Shown: one piece after another, positions 1 to 9,546 of the stretch
How the letters are laid out: each line of letters begins with the position of its first letter
Position numbering within the stretch: position 1 is the first letter of the stretch
From: an uncultured Desulfobacterales bacterium
Lineage (GTDB): Bacteria > Desulfobacterota > Dissulfuribacteria > Dissulfuribacterales > S140-46
Direction: 5' to 3'
Length of the DNA stretch: 64,000 nt
Assembly (NCBI GenBank): GCA_964620365.1
Contig: CAZUIH010000002.1
Coordinates: 1,598-65,597 of the forward strand
Notes under the pieces: generated by a model
Databases searched by the model: none
The model's input: only the letters and a program-made list of their open reading frames with translations
Told to the model about the DNA's origin: nothing
Translations under genes and position numbers: made by a program

Positions 1-138
1 TTCCAGTCCCCTATCATTGATTTCTTCCTCAAGGTAAGGGATGAGGTCCGCTGAACTGTTACTACCGCAAAAACCCTTTGGCTCTCCTTGTGTCCTCGAG
101 CTGGTACAAACAAAAATGTGATACTTGGGAATTTTCAT
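1..138 (-). CDS. thioredoxin-like [2Fe-2S] ferredoxin family protein, N-terminal part (runs off the window)
   Basis: ATG at 138 is preceded by GAGGAGG. The translation MKIPKYHIFVCTSSRTQGEPKGFCGSNSSADLIPYLEEEINDRGLE matches the HIFVC...G.C pattern of this family as I recall it. It is absent from the ORF track because it has no stop within the window. Confidence 0.55.
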   Translation of the reverse strand, partial: MKIPKYHIFVCTSSRTQGEPKGFCGSNSSADLIPYLEEEINDRGLE

Positions 139-464
139 GTTGTATTCCTCCTCTTTGCTAAAAAATTGTCTTTCAGGGTCATATCTCCCGATAAATTGGA
201 TAAAACTGGTTGTTTGCCCATGATGCAGTTAGAGCGTTGGACAGGCTAAAGACGCAAAAAAAATGCCAGAGGACGGCAGTCAATATTTTAGGTAAGCATT
301 TCAGTTAGTTATAAACTATTTTTTTAAAAAGGAGATTCCGTGAACCTGGATACTGATTTGCAATTATGTGAAGTTTCCTGCAATCTTGTGGGGCAGCAGG
401 ACGTTTTTGTAGATGGATCGAAAATCATTTCCAATCCATAAGGGTGACCGGATTCATCAAGTCC

Positions 465-1262
465 TCAAGGCCGGTTTTTATATATATTTTCGTAATGTAT
501 GCTCCCTTCCTCTGAGATAATCCTTCTTCCTGCAAGATGGGCAGCAGCCATGGAGCCCAGGCCGTTAGCAGCAGCAAGCATGAACATAACGACTATCTGG
601 TAACCCACGGCCTGAAGCGGCGGGACACCTGCCAATATCTGTCCAGTCATTATCCCTGGCAAAGACACGATGCCAACCACGCTCATGTTGTTTATGATGG
701 GTATCATGCCGGTTCTTACCGCCATCTGGACGGGCCTTATCAAGGTCTCCTTCCTGGTTGCCCCGAAGGACAAAAAGAGTTCCAGCTCTGCCCGCCGGGT
801 AACCACGAATTCCATGAAGCGGTCAAGCCCCAGCGATACCCCGTTAAGGGAATTGCCGAAAATCATTCCGAGAAGAGGAATTACATACCTCGCATTGTAC
901 CAAGGTTTGACACCTATGATTCCCTGGGTGACGACTGTACCGATAATCAAGGACGAAAAGGCCATGGTCAGCCACGCGTCAAATTGTATGCCTTTATATT
1001 TCCAGTGGGTCCTGGAGACAGCCTCCTTGCCTGAAAAAAAGACCATGATCGCAAGCCAGGTTAACACCGGGACGGGATTGCTGAAGCTGATCACCTTGTC
1101 AAGGATTATCCCAACCATCCCGAGCTGGAGCACACATCTAAGGGCTGCCCAAAACAGTCTTTTTTCCAGTTTTGCCTTGAGAAAAATGGAGATCAGGGCT
1201 GCCCCCACAACAAGTAGCGCGGCTATGGTGAGGTCAATAAGATCCAGTCTGACGTAGGTCAT
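465..1262 (-). CDS. fetB: iron export ABC transporter permease, FetB/YbbM (UPF0014) family
   Basis: 265 aa polytopic membrane protein. Long stretches resemble E. coli YbbM as recalled (VSLPGIMTGQILAG, GATRKE). It overlaps the upstream ATPase gene by 4 nt. Confidence 0.75.
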   Translation of the reverse strand: MTYVRLDLIDLTIAALLVVGAALISIFLKAKLEKRLFWAALRCVLQLGMVGIILDKVISFSNPVPVLTWLAIMVFFSGKEAVSRTHWKYKGIQFDAWLTMAFSSLIIGTVVTQGIIGVKPWYNARYVIPLLGMIFGNSLNGVSLGLDRFMEFVVTRRAELELFLSFGATRKETLIRPVQMAVRTGMIPIINNMSVVGIVSLPGIMTGQILAGVPPLQAVGYQIVVMFMLAAANGLGSMAAAHLAGRRIISEEGSIHYENIYKNRP

Positions 1263-1921
1263 CTAACTTGCATCTCGAGGTGTCCGTTTACAAGGGTCAT
1301 CCTGATAGGACCTTCAAGGCTGGTGTCATGACTTACACACAGTACGGCCTTGCCCGGTCTTTCAGAAAAAAACTTCAACAATTCATAACATAGCCGGGCA
1401 TTTTCCTGGTCCAGCCCGGAAAATGGTTCATCGGCCAAGATTACATCAGGCTCCCACAAAAGCGCCCTTACCAATGCTAGCCTGTGCCTTTCCCCTCCAG
1501 ACAGTGTTTCAACAGCCCTGTCAAAGTTAAGATGGCCCAGGCCGGTCATCTCCATTAGTTCCCTTGCCCTTTTTCCTGAATAGGTCCTCTCGCCTGTATT
1601 ACTGAAAGAAAAGGGGAACTTTAGATTTTGCTCCACGTTCCCAAGCAGCATCGGGGCCTCCTGCCCCATGAGAAGTACCCTGGAACGCCATCCGCAAAGA
1701 TCCCTGGTGTCAAATCTCCTGCCTTTTAAAATGCGTTTTATCCCTGTTCCAGCCACCAGACCTGTTACCTGGCGCAAAAGGGTAGACTTGCCGCTCCCCG
1801 ACGGACCCACTAGGGTAACAAAGGCATTTTCGCGAAGATCGAGCTCTACATCCTTAAAGAGGATATCTCCGGTATCCCTGCTTGAAGTGAGAGGTCCGCA
1901 GAAAAAAAAGGTCCTGTTCAT
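1259..1921 (-). CDS. fetA: ABC transporter ATP-binding protein, FetA/YbbL-like
   Basis: Walker A GPSGSGKST, ABC signature LSGGERHR, Walker B ILADEP. Translationally coupled to the FetB-like permease. Confidence 0.75.
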   Translation of the reverse strand: MNRTFFFCGPLTSSRDTGDILFKDVELDLRENAFVTLVGPSGSGKSTLLRQVTGLVAGTGIKRILKGRRFDTRDLCGWRSRVLLMGQEAPMLLGNVEQNLKFPFSFSNTGERTYSGKRARELMEMTGLGHLNFDRAVETLSGGERHRLALVRALLWEPDVILADEPFSGLDQENARLCYELLKFFSERPGKAVLCVSHDTSLEGPIRMTLVNGHLEMQVR

Positions 1922-1930
1922 TCACTGCCT

Positions 1931-3064
1931 CTAGCGGCACATCGATTCTTTTCCCTTCTCGGTTTGTTTACCTTTCAACAATTCTATAAAGGCGTTGTCT
2001 GGTACAATGGCCTCTTCATTTTCGTTTTTTGAGAGCCGGCTTGTCTCCCTTTTCTTTTTTGCCCTTTCCACGGCCCTTAAAAATGGATTTGTTTCCACTG
2101 CCTTGGCGCGCATCTTCTGGTCAGCGTGAGAGACCTCATTGTACACCTTCTTTCTCGTCTCGGCGATTTTTTGCAACGCCTCCTGGTCGACTGGTAATGA
2201 AGAATCAAGGAGCACCTGCCTGGTATCAAAAGATACGATTTTGCCGGTGCCATCCAGTGTCAGTTCTGCGACTCCAATGGATTTTCCCTTGGGCAGGGTC
2301 CGAAGAAGGTACACATCACCTATTTTCATGGACTTGTAATAACTGCTGCCAGGCCCCCCGCTTATTATCAAGTCAATTTCCTTTTCCTTGTAGGCCATAC
2401 GCTTGTCCAGATTTTCCCCAAGATTTGACAGGACCACAACGAGGTCGGCCTTTTTTCTCAGCTCAGGAAGGACCCTGTGCAATCCATCCATTGGTTCCGT
2501 TACTTCCAGGCCTTGGGCACGATATGGTCCTGAAGTAAGGGCCGTCAGACCAATGGTCACCCCATCAACGTCTATTGTCACATATTTTTTGAAGGCCTTT
2601 TGTGACCCTGACTTGATGTTTGCAGACAGAAAAACAAGCTTTCTCTTTGCGGCCTCTGCCTCCAAAAAGCCTGGTGACGCAAGGTCCCTCCTCCCGATAC
2701 CGGCCACTGCGTAGCCCATCTCATCGTAGAACTGGAGCATAAGCCTTGCGGTGTCGACCTCCCTGGCAGAATGAATGTTGTAAGATTTGAAGAGGAAATC
2801 CCCTGCCTCTACAAGAAGTGAGCTTCCATCTTTCTTCACGTTGTCTCGGATCCACCTGATCCGCCGGGCAATGCCTCCGATTTCCTTACCCTTTCACGTA
2901 GAACAGGGCCTGAGATAGCCCCACGTGTTACCAGTAAAATAAATCGTAATTTTTTTCTGATCTTTGGTATTGGCTAAGGCTGGAGAAACAATCAAGGCAA
3001 TGGAAAAAACGACAAAAACAAAGACCGCGTATGGCCTGAACGAAACACTTTTTGTCAAAAACAT
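1931..3064 (-). CDS. periplasmic degenerate metallophosphoesterase/5'-nucleotidase-like protein, candidate selenoprotein (UGA codon 57, C-x-x-U)
   Basis: The track ORF 1931..2839 continues upstream in the same frame for 75 codons. That reaches ATG 3064, which has an AAAGAGGT SD and encodes signal peptide MFLTKSVSFRPYAVFVFVVFSIALIVSPALA. The only interruption is TGA at 2896..2894, in the context YLRPCST-U-KGKEIGGIARR. Confidence 0.6.
2847..2863 (-). other. candidate SECIS-like hairpin for the 1931..3064 gene
   Basis: mRNA sense CGGAUC-AGGUG-GAUCCG: a perfect 6 bp stem with a 5 nt GGU-containing loop. The stem starts 30 nt after the UGA. Confidence 0.4.
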
Positions 3065-3173
3065 GCGATACCTCTTTCTGGCAAGGTTATGAATTTAAAA
3101 CAAACAATTGAAGTACAAGAAGTAGGACTACTTCATGCCTCCCGCCTCGCATCTTCGGCGAACTAACCGACTC

Positions 3174-3186
3174 TATAATCCGGTGG
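3174..3186. repeat. solo copy of the family-1 terminal 12-mer (TATAATCCGGTGG)
   Basis: Matches the ATAATCCGGGTT end of the repeat family with 2 mismatches. It lies about 110 nt upstream of ATG 3064. Confidence 0.35.
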
Positions 3187-3223
3187 CAATCTTTGACCAT
3201 CCTGGAGATTCCCTAAAGACGAT

Positions 3224-3844
3224 TTAATCATCGGCGGTTCCCCGAGTCTGATCTTCCTTTTTAATCAATTCCCTCATCCACCACGCAGCCCAGTGTTCAT
3301 CGAGAATGGCATCGGCCAAGGCCTTGGCCTCTTTTGTAACGAGCCTGGCCTTCACATGGGGAATCCACATCTTTGCGTCCGTGCTGCCGGTATCAAGATG
3401 TTCTTTTAAAGACAGCAGCATGTCCAGCTGGTCGCAGTCCCTCGCGATCCTGGCCTCAACAGACTCTCCCGACTCGAATTCCTCCAGCAGATCCACAATC
3501 TCTTCTCCACCGGGCAACCCCTTGGTCATATCAAGGGAAGCCTTTTTCTCATCTCTCGTCACGTATCGTTTGTGAACGGCATTGGCATCGCCTGTCCTCG
3601 CCTCGGGCAGATCATGCACAAGGCAGAGTTTTAGAAGGCGCTCGACATCCACTTCTTCGTCAAATTCTTTGGCTAGCGTCATGGCTATCAGCATCATCCC
3701 AAACGTATGGGCGGCAACAGACTCCCGGCCCTGACCCAAAAAGGCATATCCCGTGCGCCAGACCCTTTTGAGCATGGAACCCTCAAATAAAAAGCTGGCC
3801 ATTCTCTTAAGCTTTCTCTTACTCATTTTCCCAGGCATTCCCAA
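3224..3844 (-). CDS. HD-domain phosphohydrolase (YfbR-like 5'-deoxynucleotidase family)
   Basis: HD motif in CLVHDLPEARTGD, with the upstream H in VAAHTFGM. The length is typical of the family. Confidence 0.75.
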   Translation of the reverse strand: MGMPGKMSKRKLKRMASFLFEGSMLKRVWRTGYAFLGQGRESVAAHTFGMMLIAMTLAKEFDEEVDVERLLKLCLVHDLPEARTGDANAVHKRYVTRDEKKASLDMTKGLPGGEEIVDLLEEFESGESVEARIARDCDQLDMLLSLKEHLDTGSTDAKMWIPHVKARLVTKEAKALADAILDEHWAAWWMRELIKKEDQTRGTADD

Positions 3845-3876
3845 AACACAAAATTTGACAAGTATTATTTACCACG

Positions 3877-5025
3877 TCAATTCCTTATAAGAGCTCTCAT
3901 GATGAGTCTTTCCAAAAGAATCCTGTCAGCAGTTGGACTGCCTTTTAATCCTATATCCACTTCACATATCAAAGCGAGGGAATCGAGGAGTTCATCAATC
4001 TCAAAGGCATGGGCCTTCTGGGCGAGCTTGTAAATTCCGTAGGGCTTCATCTTTTGCAATGTGGAAGGCATGGGCGTCCCCCACGACTCCTTCATCCGAG
4101 GCAGTATCTCCCTTTGAAAGGAAGAAAATGCGCAGGAAAGCTGCCTTTCTCCTGAATAGACCTGAAAAAGGGCCGACTTTATCAGTATCAACCGCCTAAA
4201 AAAATTTGCAAGGGCCTGAAGTATTGCCAACGGATGAATCCCCTGGGATAACAGCAGATCAAGGCTTTCAAGGGACCGTGCCAGATCTCTTGCCCCCATC
4301 GCCTCGGTCAAGGAATACAACGCTTCAGACCGCTTCCTCACCACCAGACTCTGCACATCCTTAACCCTGATAAGTTTGCTCGAGGCAGAAAGGTCCACCA
4401 GCTTCTGCACCTCGGTTTTTAGCCCGTAAAGATCATCACTGCCGACCTGGTCAATGAGCATTTCAAGGGCCTTGGGCTCTATACGCATACCACCCTGCTC
4501 GACCCAGTTCTTGACCATATGCCTGACCGACAGTTCATGATCCCTGTTACCCGCGCCGTGAAAAAACGTCTCCAACACCCTACCAACCCTGGTTATTTCC
4601 TTGAAAAGCCTGCTACGCCTGTCTACGGAGGCCGTTTCTATCACAAGGACGGACCACTCAGGATCAGCCCTGTGACCCAACCAGGAAAGAAAAGGATCTG
4701 ATGATTCATCCTGATTATGAGATTTTTTTTCACCCGACTGGAATGGTTTAAAGGCAGGCCGCTGCAAATAAACTACCCTTCTACCCGGGAAAAAGCTCCT
4801 GGTTTCAAGGGATTCCAGCACCCTCATGGGGTTGACCTCATCTCCCTCCACCTGTTCCAGGTTAAAACTCCTAGCTTGTTCCGGGACAAGTGCCTCGATC
4901 AGCCTATCTATCCCGGATCTCAAATCAGGAGAATGCCCCACAAAAAGATAGACCGGGTAGACCTTACCCTTTTTGACCTCTTTCAGGCACGCTTCCAGGT
5001 CCTTATGAAATTTATCAACGGCCAT
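3877..5025 (-). CDS. holA: DNA polymerase III subunit delta
   Basis: 382 aa. The N-terminus (KVYPVYLFVGHSPDL) and overall helical architecture are typical of HolA. Called from recalled family features only. Confidence 0.7.
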   Translation of the reverse strand: MAVDKFHKDLEACLKEVKKGKVYPVYLFVGHSPDLRSGIDRLIEALVPEQARSFNLEQVEGDEVNPMRVLESLETRSFFPGRRVVYLQRPAFKPFQSGEKKSHNQDESSDPFLSWLGHRADPEWSVLVIETASVDRRSRLFKEITRVGRVLETFFHGAGNRDHELSVRHMVKNWVEQGGMRIEPKALEMLIDQVGSDDLYGLKTEVQKLVDLSASSKLIRVKDVQSLVVRKRSEALYSLTEAMGARDLARSLESLDLLLSQGIHPLAILQALANFFRRLILIKSALFQVYSGERQLSCAFSSFQREILPRMKESWGTPMPSTLQKMKPYGIYKLAQKAHAFEIDELLDSLALICEVDIGLKGSPTADRILLERLIMRALIRN

Positions 5026-5139
5026 GCTGCTTCCTAAAAAGGACAGGAACCATTACAGTCGCGCTGGTGCTGGAACCCGCATCCAAGGCACATCATCTTC
5101 TCTTGCGTGAAGTGGAATCCGGCTCAGTCATGTGGCCAT

Positions 5140-5958
5140 TCAACCTCCTAGTTCCTTTGATCGTTCTGTGGCCAGTCTTACTCCATCCATTATGGCCGCC
5201 CTTAAACCACCCTTTTCCAGGCCGTAAAGGCCTGCTATGGTTGTACCACCGGGGCTTGTGACCATTGAGGTAAGCTCTGCCGGGTGTTTTCCGCTCTCTT
5301 TCAAAAGAATGGCAGAACCAAGCACTGTCTGTACGGCCAACTCCTGGGCGACAGGTCTTGGGAGCCCCTCCCTTACTCCGGCATCTATGAGCCCCTCGAT
5401 AAAGGTGAACACGTAAGCGGGCCCGCTTCCGCTAAGCCCTGTAACCGCATCCATAAGGCCCTCCGGGACCACGACTGCCGTGCCTACAGCCTCCAGTATC
5501 CCCTTTACCAATGCTATATCGTCTTCGCTCGCACATGTGCCTCCGCAGAGGGCAGCGGCGCCTGCCTGGACCAGGGCAGGCGTGTTGGGCATCACTCTAA
5601 CCACCCTTGAGCCTTCAGGAAGACCGTTTTCCAGCACCTTAGTCCCTATCCCCGCGGCTATGGATATGATCAGGTGCTCCTTTTTTATCGCGGGCGAAAT
5701 ATCCTCCAGGACAATGCTCATCACCTGGGGTTTCACCGCAAGGAGTATATAATCGGAATTGGCTATTACCTCCTTGTTACCAGAAAAGGTCTTTATACCG
5801 AAATTCTCCTCCAGGTAATCCCTCCGCTTGCCCGAAGGATCGGAGGCCAGGATCTGGTCCCTTGAAAAGACTCCCTTTGCGATAAGCCCCTTGATCAAGG
5901 CGGCAGCCATTTGGCCGCCTCCAATGAAACCAAGATTTCCCTTTATACTTTTCCCCAT
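5140..5958 (-). CDS. proC: pyrroline-5-carboxylate reductase
   Basis: Rossmann motif GFIGGGQMAAALIKG and C-terminal VTSPGGTT motif; 272 aa. Confidence 0.9.
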   Translation of the reverse strand: MGKSIKGNLGFIGGGQMAAALIKGLIAKGVFSRDQILASDPSGKRRDYLEENFGIKTFSGNKEVIANSDYILLAVKPQVMSIVLEDISPAIKKEHLIISIAAGIGTKVLENGLPEGSRVVRVMPNTPALVQAGAAALCGGTCASEDDIALVKGILEAVGTAVVVPEGLMDAVTGLSGSGPAYVFTFIEGLIDAGVREGLPRPVAQELAVQTVLGSAILLKESGKHPAELTSMVTSPGGTTIAGLYGLEKGGLRAAIMDGVRLATERSKELGG

Positions 5959-5981
5959 ATCTGCTCTCCAGCCTTTCTCAT

Positions 5982-6734
5982 TTAGCTTTCTGGTCGTACC
6001 ATGATTTTCTGGGCTAAACCAAGTCCAACGGCCAGCCTTGAACCCTTCACACTCAAAATCATAGGACCTGATTTATTCAATACCTCCACTTCGTCTCCGA
6101 CCACAAGGCCCATGTCCTGAAGCCTTCCGCGGACACTCTTTCCACCTGAGAAACTGACTATCTTGACCTTTTCACCTACCGCAGCCATGGACAGAGGCAT
6201 TGCTGAAACCTCTTTTTTCCTGCAACTCGAACAAAGTCCCAGCACAGTCAGCTTATGAAGTACAGGTTCAAATCCATGTTGCCTGGCAGCTCGCTTGGTC
6301 AACTCTCCGATATCGGATTCATTGAATTCCACAATCTTTCCACATCCTGTACAAAGCAGGTGATCATGATCACCTCCAAGATGAAGGTGCTCATACCAGG
6401 CCCCTGATCCGTTCAGCTGAGTCCGTTGCGCGATACCGTATCGGCAAAGGACCTCAAGGACGTCCCTGACCGTATCCAGGTCCACGGAATGACCGGCCTC
6501 AGCAAGCTTTTCCTGTATGAACTCAGGGGAAATATGCCCTTCGATGCCCAAAAAACAGTCAAGCACCAAATTACCATTTTCAGGCAAGACCTCGCCCGTC
6601 TGAGCCAACAACCTGTGAAAATCGTCCTTTTCCCGCTGATGAAGAGAATCAACTTCATCTTGGGTGCATGAGATGTCAACTGACTCACTCCCCTTACAAC
6701 AATCGTTCTCTTTTTTTCTCCTTCGGAACCACAT
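5982..6734 (-). CDS. Fur-family regulator fused to a C-terminal FeoA domain
   Basis: Fur-type metal and Zn sites (HLHLGGDHDHLLCTGCGKIVEF, GLCSSCRKK). These are followed by a FeoA-like SH3 segment (VGEKVKIVSFSGGKSVRGRLQDMGLVVGDEVEVLNKSGPMILSVKGSRLAVGLGLAQKIMV). Confidence 0.75.
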   Translation of the reverse strand: MWFRRRKKENDCCKGSESVDISCTQDEVDSLHQREKDDFHRLLAQTGEVLPENGNLVLDCFLGIEGHISPEFIQEKLAEAGHSVDLDTVRDVLEVLCRYGIAQRTQLNGSGAWYEHLHLGGDHDHLLCTGCGKIVEFNESDIGELTKRAARQHGFEPVLHKLTVLGLCSSCRKKEVSAMPLSMAAVGEKVKIVSFSGGKSVRGRLQDMGLVVGDEVEVLNKSGPMILSVKGSRLAVGLGLAQKIMVRPES

Positions 6735-6956
6735 GAGTATAAATCAATCTCCTGTTCACATCTATTTTTGATGGCATTAAAATTTTACTTATTTCTTTTA
6801 CCAGGTCCGCTCCCTTTTGGTTAGGGGCATAATCCTGACACAAAGGGACGAATCTATCGGGATATACTAAACTTATTGAGACAAAATTACAACAATCACC
6901 ACACATCACCATATCTTTTCCCGAATTAATACAATTACCGGAAATCCCGAAAATTC

Positions 6957-7027
6957 AACCGGGATTACGCACTTAACATGCTGCAGAAATTATTTTTTAA
7001 TAAAACAAGCGAGTAAATGATAGAGGA
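6957..7027. repeat. family-1 repeat, copy D (left end plus internal block; right end missing)
   Basis: AACCGGGATTACGCACTTAAC, then TTATTTTTTAATAAAACAAGCGAGTAAATGATAGAG. The latter aligns with the internal block of copy C. Confidence 0.6.
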
Positions 7028-7077
7028 TCTTTAAAAATTAGATTTTTTTGTTCAACAACAAGGCGAAACGAAACGCT

Positions 7078-8097
7078 TCAGGGCAATGTTATAAGTACTT
7101 CCGTACCCCTTTCAGCCATACATTCCACGGATATGGAGCCATTATGCGCGTCTATTATCTTTTTTACTATGGGTAGCCCCAACCCCGTCCCACCCTGTTT
7201 GGATGAAAAATATGGATCGAAACAGTGCTCGTAGGTTTCCTGGTCCATGCCAGGCCCGTTGTCTTTGACGCGGATCAATGCCTTTCCTTCATCCTTGTGC
7301 AGGGACACCTCAATATCCTGATTAGGTTTCGAGGCATCTATGGCATTGGAGACAATATTGACAATAGCCCTTTCCAGAAGAAAGGAGTCAACTTCCTTAT
7401 ATACGTCGTTTATATCAGCTACCACCTTGACTGATGCTTCTTTCGCCTTCTGCCTACACGAAATAATAGCCTGGCACATTACTTCGGAAAGGTTTACCAG
7501 CCTCTTTCTGGGTCTCGCCTGCCTGGCAAAATCCAGGACATCATAGACAATTCTCTCCATTTTATAGGCATCTTTTAACATGACAGGGATATAAATCTCC
7601 GATTTGCCTTTTCCCTGGGCCAATTTTTCTAAAAGTCCTATGGTCGAGTTAAGAGGGTTTTTCAGGTCATGTACGATTCCCGAGGTAATCCTGCCTAGCG
7701 ATATTATAAACTTGTTTCTTTCCAGCTCTTCCCTCATCTTCTTTTCTTTATCAATTATGTAGCCAGAAAATACTGCAAAAATAAAGAGGAACAAAATCTC
7801 TGCGATCATGCGCAGCTCATTTAGGAAGGCTCCCCCCCAATTTTTCAAAATAAAGGGAAAATAAACAATGGTTATAATCCCACATACAATAAGGCTTCCC
7901 CTTAGCCCAAACCTCAAGGCCCCGTAAAAGACAGGGAAAAAATATAACTCCCTGTAAAAATCATGGAGTTCTCTGGGCCACGTTGTAAAATAAAGAGGCA
8001 AAGACACACTGGCGATAAGCCCAGCCAGTAACGCAACATGGACATATTTATTTTTCATATTTTTAGCCTGCCAAGGATCAACAAACAAATGTCCCAA
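7078..8097 (-). CDS. membrane sensor histidine kinase
   Basis: Multi-TM N-terminus, H-box IVHDLKNPLN, N/G boxes NAIDAS, DNGPGM, GTGLGL. No adjacent response regulator. Confidence 0.85.
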   Translation of the reverse strand: MGHLFVDPWQAKNMKNKYVHVALLAGLIASVSLPLYFTTWPRELHDFYRELYFFPVFYGALRFGLRGSLIVCGIITIVYFPFILKNWGGAFLNELRMIAEILFLFIFAVFSGYIIDKEKKMREELERNKFIISLGRITSGIVHDLKNPLNSTIGLLEKLAQGKGKSEIYIPVMLKDAYKMERIVYDVLDFARQARPRKRLVNLSEVMCQAIISCRQKAKEASVKVVADINDVYKEVDSFLLERAIVNIVSNAIDASKPNQDIEVSLHKDEGKALIRVKDNGPGMDQETYEHCFDPYFSSKQGGTGLGLPIVKKIIDAHNGSISVECMAERGTEVLITLP

Positions 8098-8198
8098 TCA
8101 AATACTCAGCCAGCCGGAAGGCCTACTTTGAAGGCATGGCAATAAAAAGGACCTGCTTCAGGAAATATCTAAGAATACAATTCTTCCAAGGGGGTTTT

Positions 8199-8353
8199 AA
8201 CCCGAATTACGCACTTCAACTATCCAAGGAATATTTTTTCTTATTAAAATCATTAAATTAACAGCAGGTTTTCTGTGAAAAATCTTCACCCAAAAGGTGC
8301 AACAAGTTATGTCCGGATTTCCTTGCAAACTTATCAACTGCATAATCCGGGTT
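8199..8353. repeat. family-1 repeat, copy A (155 bp)
   Basis: Left end AACCCGAATTACGCACTTCAAC, right end ATAATCCGGGTT. These form inverted termini. Confidence 0.65.
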
Positions 8354-8623
8354 TTCAATCCACTGCTAATCCAGCTTCGTGTGTAACCGATCCCCAAAAT
8401 TTTATTTGGGCACGATTGCTTGTTTAATTACTCGTGTTATCTCAATAGGTTATCCTATAATAAGCATTTTGTGGTTACACGTCAAAATTTCCACGCAAAT
8501 ATTTTTCTAAGGCATTGCTGAACCAACCAAAACACTAAGCAAACGTATTTTTTTTATTCTCCATTATTTTCATTATAAAGTCAAAAAGATTAAAACCGCC
8601 CGGATCACGCTGGGAGAGCTGAT

Positions 8624-9472
8624 CTATCCGAGCAGGTCCCTCAATACCGCGAGATTTCTGACGTCATCAGCAAGATCTTTTCCTTTCGGGGTCTCCAGGA
8701 TCATGGGATGCCTTTTGAAACGCGGATCGGTTAAAATAAACCTGAAACCATCAAGGCCAATTTCACCGGCTCCGATGTGTTCGTGTCTATCAATCTTTGA
8801 TCCGAGGGCCCTTTTTGAATCATTGAGATGGAAAACCTTCAACTTGTCCAATCCAATAATTTCTTCAAAAAGGCCCATGGTCTCCTGATAACTTTCTTCT
8901 GTGCGAAGGTCATAGCCCGCGGCAAAAACATGACAGGTATCAAAACAGATTCCATACCTGTCCGGAAGCTCCACATGTTCAAGAATGAACTCCAGCTCTT
9001 CAAACCTTGAGCCTACACCCGTACCCTGTCCCGCAGTAGTCTCCAGCAATATCATCACATCGCCAGCTCCATCAGCCAACTCCATGGCCATATCAAGCCC
9101 GGAAACTATCCGCGAAAGACCTTGCTCAACACCACTGCCAAGATGGGAACCCGGATGAATGATCAGATAGGGTATATCCAGTCGATGGACGCGGAGAAGC
9201 TCATCCGCCATTGCCAAAACAGATCTTTTAAAGTTTGAATCATCCCTGGAAGCCAGATTTATAAGGTAGGAACAATGCGCAGCTACAATATATCCCCATT
9301 GTCTAACAGCCCTTTTAAAGGACTCTTCCTCTTCTTTTGACATCTCAGGTGTGTGCCACTGCCTCTGGTTCTTTGTGAATATCTGCAAAGACCTTCCATC
9401 CACATGCCTGATCCTGGAAATGGCGTTGACAAGACCGCCTGCTATGGACATATGCGCGCCTAAAAACGGCAT
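8624..9472 (-). CDS. nfo: endonuclease IV (deoxyribonuclease IV)
   Basis: N-terminus LGAHMSIAGG; motifs LLETTAGQG and CFDTCH typical of AP endonuclease family 2; 282 aa. Confidence 0.9.
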   Translation of the reverse strand: MPFLGAHMSIAGGLVNAISRIRHVDGRSLQIFTKNQRQWHTPEMSKEEEESFKRAVRQWGYIVAAHCSYLINLASRDDSNFKRSVLAMADELLRVHRLDIPYLIIHPGSHLGSGVEQGLSRIVSGLDMAMELADGAGDVMILLETTAGQGTGVGSRFEELEFILEHVELPDRYGICFDTCHVFAAGYDLRTEESYQETMGLFEEIIGLDKLKVFHLNDSKRALGSKIDRHEHIGAGEIGLDGFRFILTDPRFKRHPMILETPKGKDLADDVRNLAVLRDLLG

Positions 9473-9546
9473 GACACCATCTCGTATAATCGGAGTACTC
9501 TTGCACTCAAGACATGAAAAAACAGTGCATGATCCGGGATTATCGC

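Noticed and set aside
340-441. 33-codon plus-strand ORF (GTG start) preceded by AAAAGGAGA, between the ferredoxin-like gene and fetB
   Set aside because: The SD is good, but the peptide (VNLDTDLQLCEVSCNLVGQQDVFVDGSKIISNP) matches nothing I recognise and is very short. I left it uncalled; it would need conservation or ribosome-profiling support.
5034-5096. 20-codon minus-strand mini-ORF MMCLGCGFQHQRDCNGSCPF (four Cys) between proC and holA
   Set aside because: The CxxC...C...C pattern is tempting. However, the SD is weak (AGAGAAG), the ORF is only 63 nt, and there is no way to assess conservation here. It could easily arise by chance.
6265-6275. GGTTCAAATCC, a tRNA T-loop-like motif
   Set aside because: The flanking bases cannot form a T-stem (ACAGG versus CCATG). 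No acceptor or anticodon arms are present, and it lies inside the fur-feoA coding sequence. No tRNA genes were found in the window.
6694-6912. 72-aa minus-strand ORF overlapping the 5' end of fur-feoA in another frame
   Set aside because: It has no SD, overlaps the better-supported gene, and has no recognisable motif apart from chance Cys residues.
8407-8422. TGGGCACGATTGCTTG, resembling a sigma-54 -24/-12 promoter
   Set aside because: The GG-to-GC spacing is about 3 nt too short relative to TGGCAC-N5-TTGC. It also points away from any plus-strand gene.
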